Source: Lytechinus pictus
Lineage: Eukaryota
Direction of reading: 5' to 3'
Assembly: GCF_037042905.1 (NCBI RefSeq)
Contig: NC_087263.1
Span: 11,720,001 to 11,784,000, forward strand
DNA: 64,000 bases
Shown here: positions 38,727-49,148 of the stretch, piece after piece
Layout: the number at the start of each line of letters is the position of its first letter
Position numbering within the stretch: position 1 is the first letter of the stretch
The notes under the pieces: model-generated
What the model was told of the DNA's origin: nothing
The model's input: the letters and a program-made list of their open reading frames with translations, nothing else
Database searches by the model: none
Program-made: the position numbers and the translations under genes

Positions 38727-40078
38727 CAGTGGCGTAGCTAGGATCTTTTTCCTGGGGGCACGGGGGTCCTTGCTTTTTCAGGGGGGGGGGCAACATTTTT
38801 TTAATGTGTGTGTGTATGCCGGTCACAAGGGCGGATCCGATTTTCGTCAATAGGGGGTGGGGCCCAAAATTATCTTCACCTATTTTTATCCCGATCAGTC
38901 ACTCGCTTAGCTTTATTCTTATAAAAAAATATAACTATGAAATAATGTCATAAGCCCTATATAAAAAGTGCGAGCGCGAGCGATTTTTTTTTTGAACTTT
39001 CATGTATTTTGTTCTGAAAATTTAATATTCTGGGCAATGTAATTTGTGATATTGTAACAAGATGCGTATGTAACTAGATATTACTGCGAACGCCATGCGC
39101 GAGCAGAATTTTTTTATAACTGTTCTAGCATGATCGAAAAGGGACCTGTTAAGGACTGTTTACAGTTATCCACGAAGACGGTACATATTTCACTAATGGA
39201 AGCGCGAAGCGCGAGCTAAATTTTTGTGACATTCCGACCTAAAAAAATGGTCATTCTAAGCACTTTTTGTAATCAATGACATAGGTATGTATCCAAACAA
39301 TTGATGCGAGTGCGAAGCGCGAGAGGGAAGAAAATTGAGATTTTAGACCTAAAAGCGGGACACTCTATTCATATTTTGTAAATCATGAATAGGATATCAT
39401 TAATAATGCGATCGTGAAGCGTGAGCAGACAATTATTGATCTTCTGATCTGAAACTGGATAATTTAAGCACATTTTAACTAATACCCCTTTCACAAACCC
39501 AATTATGCGGATAATATCCGCATAATTTGGTTGTAAAATCGGAGCGGGACCAGAGTTATCCGCATTATTTCGATGCTGCAATCATCCGCATAATAGCAGC
39601 ATCGGGACCAGATTTTGGCTTTCTGAACGCATTTTCAAAGTAATGCGGATAATTGCCATGGTGCGGTCACAAAAGGTCACCCTTTTCCAACACAACCCCA
39701 TCGGAGGGGGCGTGTGCAGTTGCCATGACAATTATCCGCCTTTTTCAGGTCGGGCGCTCGTAAAAAAATAGTGCGGATTGTTTTCGGAGTTTGTGAATGC
39801 AATTTTTATTGAATTATCCGCATTACTCTTAGGCGGATAATTGGAGGATGTGTTTGTGAAAGGAATATAAAAAACATGCAGGCTATCGCGCATGTTTTGG
39901 CATTCTGAATACATTTGTTTAATCATGCAGATCAATAATGCAAGCACGAGCTGAAAACATTTGATATACCGATCTGAAAAAGGTTAATTTAAACACTGTT
40001 TCAAGCACTGTGTAGGAAAATTGTGAAGTGGATGTGGATCACACTTAATGAATGATGCGAGCGCGAAGAGCGAGCTGA
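38727..40078. mobile_element. hAT-like/satellite-containing element (GCGCGAAGCGCGAGC family) with nested MITE
   Basis: Starts CAGTGGCGTAGCTAGG, with a second TIR-like CAAGGGCGGATCC at ~38826. Repeated GCGAGCGCGAAGCGCGAG variants. Right end not found. Confidence 0.6.
39484..39866. mobile_element. Nested MITE with many TATCCGCAT/ATGCGGATA motifs
   Basis: Ends CCTTTCACAAAC / GTTTGTGAAAGG. It interrupts the surrounding repeat. Confidence 0.7.
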
Positions 40079-40292
40079 TGATCATCATCATTGTTGTCAA
40101 CATCATCATCGTCGTCGTCGTCATCATTACAATCATTGTTCTCACCGTCGTTGTCGTCATCATCATCATCGTAATACATAATTCTCATCATTATCATCAT
40201 AACAATCGCCATCGTCATCATCATCATCATCACCATCATCATCATCATCCTCACCATCATCTTCACCATCATCATCATCATCATCACCATCG
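40079..40292. repeat. (CAT/CGT/CAC)n microsatellite
   Basis: Visible trinucleotide repeats, which produce spurious poly-His/poly-Met/poly-Asp ORFs. Confidence 0.95.
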
Positions 40293-40775
40293 TGATTAAA
40301 CAAATTTCTTGTCTAATGCTTCCTCTTTTCTCCAAGTTAAAGCAATATATTTATACATGCCCAGGTTTCTACCCTGCTTCTTCGGGATGTATCAACAGAG
40401 ATGTATTGAATTTTCGCCCTCTGTTTCTATTTTGGATACCCTAATTTCCACAGTCGTGTGATGATAAAGAAGAAAAATCTTCGCGTGCTTCGCATTTCCA
40501 AAACCCCTGAAGGGTGAAGGATGGCTAAGGTTAGATAAGTCTAAAGGGGAAGATCGACAGGTGTATTCTCGATTACGTCTCTTCAAATTAAAGGGAAGTT
40601 TATCCTGAAAATGAGTTGGCTCTGATAAAAGCAGAAAATATAGAAGAACAAATATTGGCGAAGGTATGATGAAAAACTTTCAAATAAAGTGAGTTATGAA
40701 TGTTTTAATTATTTGGTTTGTGACGCCCATGTAATGAATATTCCGATCAGCTCACCTAATGAATGTTCATTATGA

Positions 40776-41234
40776 GGCTGTTCTCACTCAGTTCCTTAAA
40801 CTAGTTTAGTGGAAACTAGTTTAGTGGAAACTAGTTTAACGCTAAGTGAGAACGGTCGAAGCGCTCTTGGAAGCGCTCTTCCAAACCAGTTTGGAAGACC
40901 ACCTCGCGATGTAGTTTTCAAGATCGCTTCGCATCGGAAAAGTGGTTTTAGCGTAAGTGAGGACACAACCGTTCTTCGGGAAGCGATCTTCGCACATTTT
41001 GAGCGCGCTACTCCACGCGACAGGTGTAGAATGCCTATGCTGCGGTTTCGAATTTCGCGCGAAACGTGTCTCCCCACTGAGAGCGTTTCCATAGCAACAA
41101 GAGCGCTATACGTGAAGTGATTTTGAAAACCACTTTCGTGTGATCAAGTGAGAACGCTAGCAAAGCGATCTTCCAAACTGGCTTTCTGAACCGGTTCCCA
41201 GTAAACTAGTTTTAGGAACGTAGTGAGAACAGCC
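40776..41234. mobile_element. PIF/Harbinger-like MITE with internal AAACTAGTTT and AAGCGATCTT repeats, apparently nested in a TTAA-type element starting ~40592
   Basis: TIRs GGCTGTTCTCACT..GTTCCT.AAACTAGTTTA / TAAACTAGTTTTAGGAACGTAGTGAGAACAGCC, flanks TGA/TCA. CpG-rich, which suggests a young insertion. Confidence 0.85.
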
Positions 41235-42155
41235 TCAAAGACATGCCTAGAACTGTTTCACCGTTCAACATTTTCAACATTCTGCTTTGTGAACTTTACT
41301 CTATTTATGTAGATATAAATATCCCCAGCCCGGACCATCCCTTTTAATGCCAGATGTTACTGAACGCATCGTTGCGTTCCAGATGATATAATGAAAACAC
41401 ATTTAAAAGAAATAAAGAATATATGAATAATCAATACATCAGAGTTGGTGCTTATCTCATCAAATATCAAACCACCCTGTCATTGGAGTTCAAATGACCT
41501 TCTCCTGATCAAGCACGGAATGGAACTCCAAACTGGCTTATTAAAACCAACTGATCGGTTAACGTCCCTTTATACTATTGGGTAAACTACTGGTGTAGGC
41601 ATATTGGGAACTAATCTCGCACTCCCAAATTTTATTAGAAAGGACATTATATTACAGTTAAAGCATCATTTTATTCTTTCATTTCAGTGGCATCTATGTA
41701 AACAAACATGACAATAGAATAATCATAACTGGCAATTTAAATGCAAAACATGCATACACAGATAGATTTGAAAATCAGTTCAATACAACAAAATATATTG
41801 GTCTGTTTCCTCTTTTTTTACTGAAAGAACGCTTAAGTAAATGAAATTAAGGAGAAGTTAAAAGAAAGTAAAAGGATAGACTTAACCGCATATCTGAGCA
41901 GCATTTAAATTCAGAATATACCCCCCCCCCCTCCCTACAAAAGGGGGAGGAAAGAACAGCTGAAAAAGTTGACCCGTATTGAATTTAGTTGTATTATTAT
42001 GGGCGATTATGGGCGGGGGAGGGGGTGTTCCTCCGGAAATTTATTCTTACATCTGTAATTCATTAGAAGAGAATATGATCTTGCCATTTAGAACGCCACA
42101 ATAATTGATCAAGTTTAAAGAAACGTCATCTTCAATAATATCAGTGCTGTAATCA

Positions 42156-42397
42156 CACTGCAAAAACTCTGGTGCTGATTTAACACCAGCCCGGAATCTA
42201 TATATGTCCACACCAGAGAAGTGTTAAACAACACCAGTTTCGTTTTGGTCTAAAACCAGATAGGTGTTTATGCAACACCAATTAGTATAAAAACAGCATC
42301 GGTTTGATTCCAAACTGGTGTTGTTTCAATACTTCCCTGGTGTGGACATATATAGATTCCGGGCTGGTGTTAATTCAACACCGGAGTTTTTGCAGTG
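42156..42397. mobile_element. CACTG palindromic MITE, 2-bp TSD CA
   Basis: Near-identical to 29588-29826, with CA on both flanks. Confidence 0.9.
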
Positions 42398-43109
42398 CAT
42401 GGTGTACGTTTACATGGTTTAGGTGTATATGCCTTCATCAGCATGATCAGAGCGGATAACTATTGAAAACCATCCAATTCACTTAGTAAATCAAAAGAAA
42501 TCTCTATCTAAAATTACTTCCAAAAACATGTCATTAATGCCTTTCCTTTCTCTCTAGAGCCTACAATATCAATCCTGTTAATAATATCGTAGGATTTTTT
42601 ATAGCTCACGAGGGATTGAAAACTCAGATGCAAACATGCTAAAAATAGTAACGATGTATCTTATATTGCAGAGCTTTATAGTATAAATCTCCCAAAACGG
42701 GAGATAAAAAATGAAATTCATATCTTGCTGATGAATTGCTGGTCAGTAGCAGGGATTGGGGACAAAAGCGCATTTCATGTGAAGCAGAGACATCGGGGAC
42801 AAAAGTTAATGTCGATGTTAAACGGTAGGCATGTATATACGAGTGTGTGGAGTGGGAAGAAGAGATGCGAGGGCCGATACTGAACTTCCTCTTTTTAAAT
42901 GTTCGTTCAGATCTGTAATACTGTATTGATTAACTGATTTCGTTTTATCATTGATTCATTCTTTTACATATTCATTTACTAATATTTTTCGTCTACTCTT
43001 GCCATTAAATTTATGTGTTCATTCACTTGTTGATTTGTTAAATATTCAAATTCGTGTTCGTGAAGCGCATAAAGACTGTGTATTATGTGATATAAATTTA
43101 AACTGATTA

Positions 43110-43265
43110 GTATTATTATTTAATTTTTACTATCATTATTACTGTTGTTTCTGTTGCCATTTTTATTATCATTATTGTTATTATCAACATTATCATTATT
43201 ATTATTGCAGTTATTATTATCAACATTATTATTATCATTATTGTTATCATTATTACTATTATTGA
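43110..43265. repeat. (ATT)n-type microsatellite
   Basis: Visible repeats. Confidence 0.9.
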
Positions 43266-45778
43266 CTCATTTATGTATATGTATTTATTCTTTCTTTGCT
43301 ATCCCTCATTTATTTCCGATCCTTTTTGGTTTTTTAAATTTCCGTAACTCTCGTCATGAATTTGAGCACCCCGTCTTCTTCCTACTGAACAAAGCAAAGA
43401 CATTTTCCCTTGAAGTCTGTTTGAAAATTTCAACCTCTCTGTCCCCTCCCCATCCTTACGAGACATCGATCATCTCTTAAAAATCCCGAATCCGCTGCAT
43501 TTCATAGGTGTATGGTGCCAAAACTGCCAATGCCATTTTCCCCCACCTCAATGGAATGATGTCAACTGCTCGTTTTTACCGCTGTCTGAAATGTCAATAC
43601 GAATCGAAAATTATCCTACGAGGAATTTCATAACCCAATTGTTTTATGATTAGAATAGTACATCGTTCGTAGCCCCGTGATGCCATTCCTATATAAAACT
43701 TTCGGAAGTAGAGACGCGGCCACTATTTCTTTGTTGTCTTCTTTTCGGAAATATTTGCAACTTTGTTTGCGTATTCGAATAAAACTAATGAATTAGAGAG
43801 TGGGATTCGAACACACGATCCGCTAATTACAAAGCGAGAGAGTCAGAACCTCTAAACCACCGCTCTTCCTCTAGGAGACTATTTATCATACTGTATCTTT
43901 ATTCAAGTGTTGCCCCATTTTCTAATAAGTTCAACTCTTAAGAAATATTATTCTTTCCGGTTTTGTATGCGTATTGGTATAAGCGTGTGTGTGTTGTGGT
44001 TATGCGTCACATAATGTACACCGATGTCGTTGACTTTGCCATAATTGCTGGGGGCGCTTGTATTCTCGGTTCGTTTGATATTTGATTTGGGCATTCATAA
44101 ATATGGGGTTGCTTTTATTTTTGTAAATATAAATGGATCTTTCACCAGGAGCACATCCTCCAATTATCTGTGGTATTTCTTTAAAAAAAAACCTGAATGT
44201 TTATTAACAATGCAAGTTCTAAAGCACTCGTACTAACTTATACCAACAATGTATTGTTTATAGTATGTTCAGATTTCAAATAAATGTATCTGTTGTACTA
44301 AATACTGCTTTGTTTATTTTTGAAAACTTTTTTTATTTTATCTTCATTCTTATTTCATTTACTTTATGTTACTTATTATTGTGATTATTTTGTCATCATT
44401 GTCGATATCTTTATTATCATAATCATTATTCATTTTTATCGCCAATATTAACTTATGTTTATTCATTTCTTTATATTTTGATTTTTTGTATACACTCCAT
44501 AATTTCCACCTAACATGAAGATCTTTTTATAACGAAGACCTTTAACTTCTTATACACCTGTATCTACTGCAGCCGGATAAGTACATTCCATTCGTCATTA
44601 TTATTTCATAGGGTATTAAAACTTCACGCATCCCAGCAGGCCGTTTATATAAATTCTCGTCTTGATAAGGATGAAGCAAAGATAAGTCTACGGTGGTGAC
44701 GAAAATATAAAACTCTAATAAGCAGGTGCAGGAAAAGCGTTTCTCTGATTCTCTAACAATGCTCTACATCTGCTGGAGATTTTTGTCTCCAAAGTCAGAG
44801 CTAAATATATCATTTCCTAATTCATCCCAATCCTGACTAAATGCAATAGCCACACAACCGGAACCTAGTAAGAACCGACCTGTGATATACCGTTCAAACT
44901 TTACGTAATAGTAAAGTTTGTTGTAAACAATCCGGATTGTTTCGTTCATGTGAATGCAACAGTACTACTTGAAAGAACAGATTGTCCGACAGTATGTGTC
45001 ACAGTGTGTTCACAGTGTGGAAATAATGTGGAATCACCTTCACACTGTTATATTTGAGCATTTTCAACAGTGTGAATCACATGATCAAATAGTCAACAAT
45101 GTAAAACACGCTCTGAACAGTCACAATGTTAAGGTGTCCACAGTGTGAAAATATTTTCGCACTGTTGAATTCGAGAATTTTAGCAGTGTGAATAATATGT
45201 TCACATAGTCCACTATGTGAACACACTGTGTGATATATGTTATTTACAGCAGAGTATTAGCAGCAAGTCATTGTTTTTTTTTAATAGTTAATTTAGGTGA
45301 TTACAATAATTTAGAAATATCACCCATTTCAATTCAACGATGCCTGACGAATTATGATCAGGGGTTACACATTTTCCCCAAAAAATTAAAATATTCCAAA
45401 TAGTGTTTATATGTATTATGTGCTCGATGTGTCATGAGATTTGTGTGTATAATCTTTTCAAAAATTAATGGAAACCAATTTCACACTTAGATACGTTGAA
45501 CGGACAATCCGACTATTCCCTTGCCAGGGATCACAGAGATTTAGATTATTAATCCATATCTTCTTTAATATTCGGTTGAATATAAGGGGAAAGAATATAT
45601 GGTCATGTTGAGCGATCGTGACAGGTGATTACAATAACTGCAGCTTATAATGCACGAGTATTGCATGATGGTACATTAATGCCCGATTGGGAAGAAAGAA
45701 TTACATTATATGAAAGTAATATCGTCGGTAAAAGGGGACCACGAAATAGCAATAGCTGCTACTCGGGTATTTGCCAAG

Positions 45779-46281
45779 TTGTACAACGCCTACTTAGCTT
45801 GATGTACGCGAGCAAATGGGAGGCTGAATGTCAAACATTCGTACCGTTGCACAAAAGACGTACCATCCAAAATGTACCGTTGCACGACTTTAGGGGGTGA
45901 CGTCACAATACGATTTAATTCATTGCGCTCAGTAAAAATGAAGGTGCAATACGCGTATAAGCCTGCTGACTAAATGCGCAATGCTGCCCAAGGTCACGTG
46001 CGCTTGTGGGATTTTGCTTTTCGCTTTCAGTATTTTTGCTCCCTTTTCATAGATTACTACAGGGATAAACTCTTGTTTTTTCATATTTTCGCTAATTTTC
46101 GAGGCGTTGTACAACACAAATAGCGTATATTTTTATTCGTGCAATGGTGCGTGATTTCGCATTCGGTGAAAGAAAGAGACACTCTATTCAACTCGGCTAA
46201 CGCCTCGTTGAATAGAGCATCTTTCTTTCACCTCATGCGAAATATCGCACCATCGCACTAATGCCTATTCGCTATTTGTAT
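45779..46281 (+). mobile_element. Element A: short IR pair plus 164-bp terminal palindrome (non-autonomous; Crypton- or Helentron-like, unresolved)
   Basis: TTGTACAACGCCT (45779-45791) / AGGCGTTGTACAA (46102-46114), then palindrome 46116-46279. An inverted homolog lies at 47140-47648. Confidence 0.8.
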
Positions 46282-46323
46282 ACTATTGTCAATGTTGCTT
46301 ATAGTCATGGTGATATAACGGTC

Positions 46324-47095
46324 TTTATACAACATATGTATAGATCCTTGACAGCTGATTGGATGAAAGCGTGTCACATGACATTCAGAGGAAACAGCTA
46401 TAGCGCGCTAAGATATGCTAGCCGTGCTATAGTCGACTATTGCACGCTCGTGCTATAGTCGACTATAGCACGCTTAAGTAAATGAGCCAGCACTGCAAGA
46501 TCCCTGGGCACACTGAACCCATTGATAGCCCCGTACACATTAAGTGAATTAGCGGTATACGCGCGTAATCACGTTTTTGTATATCTCTGACCGATGTACG
46601 TAGCACTGCGCATACACGTTGCTAAGCTGAACACAATGCGCGTACGTACGTTGCTAAGCAAATTATTCCCAGGGTACGGCTGCGTACCTTCTGGATTTCC
46701 TTCTGGGTTTTATGGAATTCATTCACAAATTAGACTTCATGGATCTATGACTTTATGGATCTATGTTGAAAGTACTTGACTCTCCTGGGATTACTGGAGT
46801 AAATCTACTCGACGCTCAAAAGACAACATTGTAAGCAAAATAAGACCTAATGCACGTTAGTCATCTACTACACCTATAGATCTAGCCTATCTAGATCTAG
46901 TCTAAAGTGTAAGCTATTGGTGTTGTATAAAACAAATATTCAATGTTGTATTCGTGCGACGTTCCGAATATTACATTCGTTGCAAGTTGATACAGCCTAT
47001 TCAACTCCGCTTCGCGTCGTTGAATAGACTGTTTCAACTTGCACACTCATGCAATATTCGGAACGATCGCACTCATCAACATTGAATATTTGTAT
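46324..47095 (+). mobile_element. Element B: different family with the same IR-pair plus terminal palindrome architecture
   Basis: TTTATACAACA (46324-46334) / TGTTGTATAAA (46921-46931), then palindrome 46932-47093 with centre CTATTCAACTCCGCTTCGCGTCGTTGAATAG. Confidence 0.75.
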
Positions 47096-47139
47096 ACTAT
47101 ACACCTTTGCTACAGTTGGATACTATGTGGGAAATATTA

Positions 47140-47648
47140 TATAAATAGCGAATAGGCATGAGTGCGATGGTGCGAGATTTCGCATTCGGTGAAAGAAAGA
47201 GACGCTCTATTCAACTCGGCAAACGCCTCGTTGAATAGAGCGTCTCTTTCTTTCACCTCATGCGAAATCTCGCACCATTGCTCGAATAAGAATATTCGCT
47301 ATTTGTGTTGTACAACGCCTCAGAATTAAGCAAAAATATGAAGAAAAAAAAGAGTTTTCCCTGTAGTAATCTATGAAAAAGGGAGCAAAAATATTGAAAG
47401 CGAAAAGTAAAATCCCATAAGCGCACATGACCTTGGGCAGCGTTGCGCAATTAGCAGGCTTATGCGCGTATTGCACCTACTGAGCGCAATGACTTAAAAC
47501 GTATTGTGACGTCACCTCCTAAAGCCGTGCAATGTTACATTTTGGACGGTACATTTTTGGATGGTACGTCTTGTGTGCAACGGTACGAATGTTTGACATT
47601 CAGCCGTCCATTTGCTCGCGTACAACAAGCTAAGTAGGCGTTGTACAA
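47140..47648 (-). mobile_element. Element A': inverted copy of element A with flipped palindrome core
   Basis: The reverse complement aligns along the length of 45779-46281. IRs at 47308-47320 and 47636-47648. Palindrome ~47141-47306. Confidence 0.85.
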
Positions 47649-47822
47649 TATTCACTCTATTGAACTTTTACCAAAACATGCTTTTAGCTGTGCTATAATT
47701 GTTTATGATCTCCCAAGAAAAAGAAATGAATCAAAAGAAGTTTTAATTTAGTAGAAATATCATCCACATGATAGCAATTTTAGGCATACATATGTTTGTT
47801 GCTTAGTGAAACATGGTACCTA

Positions 47823-47971
47823 CTCTGTAAAAAAAAAGGAAGTGCTTGTATAGTGAATGTACTACGAGTGCTGATTTTCTACTTTAAATTTGAAGTAGAA
47901 AATCAGCACTCGTAGTGGAGTCACTATACAAGCACTGTAAGTGCTAAATTAGCACTTCATGTTTTACAGTG
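47823..47971. mobile_element. Short palindromic CACTG-type MITE
   Basis: CTCTGTAAAA...TTTTACAGTG ends. Arms AGTGCTTGTATAGTGA / TCACTATACAAGCACT and ACTACGAGTGCTGATTTTCTACTT / AAGTAGAAAATCAGCACTCGTAGT. Confidence 0.75.
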
Positions 47972-48768
47972 CATGTTTACTAATGACATTTAAAAGACTT
48001 GAGGATTTTTCACCGCAGCCCTTACCCTAATACGGGCAACACACATACACATGCAACTCTAGATTTTGAAATGCCAAGAGTTTTACGAGATTGAAGTCTC
48101 TCCGACTAGCCTGTCCCTGAAGCTTGCATCCGTAGGGAATGGGCGTATCAAAGGTTATGAAGAAAATTAATAAAATGCAGGGCTTGAACCTTTCCCGAAG
48201 GGAGCGATCCTATCCCATTTGCTGAAGGCAAGCCCGCTCTATGCATGACTGGTGGATTTTCATATTGATCTCCTTGTGGAAATGGAGGGACATATAACTT
48301 ATCTCAAAGCTGCTTCCAGAGTTAGGTACGACTTTTCAAAAGACTGATCTTCATTTAGGGATTTCTCCCTAATATTTCGGCATTTTCTCGGTTTAAGTTA
48401 CAATTCCGGTCAATGAATTTTGGTCCCATTTGTCAAAGACGGTGACAAAATCAAATCCTTGAAACTCTTTTATACATTATACGTTGCATCGGAACTGCGT
48501 CACCCTTTTAACATGTTTAAAAGTAAAGAAATTTTGCTTTTATCCCGATCCTGTGTAATTCTTGGGATATTTCATGAATATTCTAGACTAGAGTGACACC
48601 ACATCAACGCAGAAGCTGGAGGCGTTTTCCCTTTAAAACGCGGCACCAAGAGGGGACAAAATATATTCATCGGAAATCGGCTTAAAGTGGTCACTCTTTC
48701 CATAGCAATTGCACCAAAGGGGGACCCAATCCATTATGCATCTGAATATCATATCAGGTTTAGCTTAA

Positions 48769-49148
48769 AGGTATTGTTTAACTTTGTGAGCAGCCGATTT
48801 AAAAAATTCTCAAACCAAGATGAAACATGTGTACAAGTGCATGTATTAGAACTAATAAACCCTGAAAACAACCATTATTGAGAAAGAAAAGCTAAACTAC
48901 AAGGCAAACCCCGATTTTGTAAATAGGCGTCTTATAGACGCCTGAATAGTACACATAAGTGTATGGGATGAAATTAAGATGGTGTTTTCGGTCACTTTAT
49001 ATTTCAATTTTTGAAGCACTAAATAATTATTTTCGAACGCTCAATTTCAATCTGGGCTCAATTTTTGTAACATATTACAGACACAGGTGACAAGTGTGAC
49101 CTTCTAGCTCAGATTTTTTAAAAGTCAAACCAATGTTAACCAATCACT
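48769..49148. mobile_element. Kolobok-like MITE, TTAA TSD
   Basis: TTAA|AGGTATTGTTTAACTTTG ... CAATGTTAACCAATCACT|TTAA. Confidence 0.75.

Noticed and set aside
39984..40335. Poly-His/poly-Met/poly-Asp ORFs (also 36671-37107, 24676-25062, 43145-43480)
   Set aside because: Trinucleotide microsatellite artefacts.
40796..41120. Antiparallel ~100-aa ORFs
   Set aside because: Inside a repeat-rich MITE, with no protein signature.
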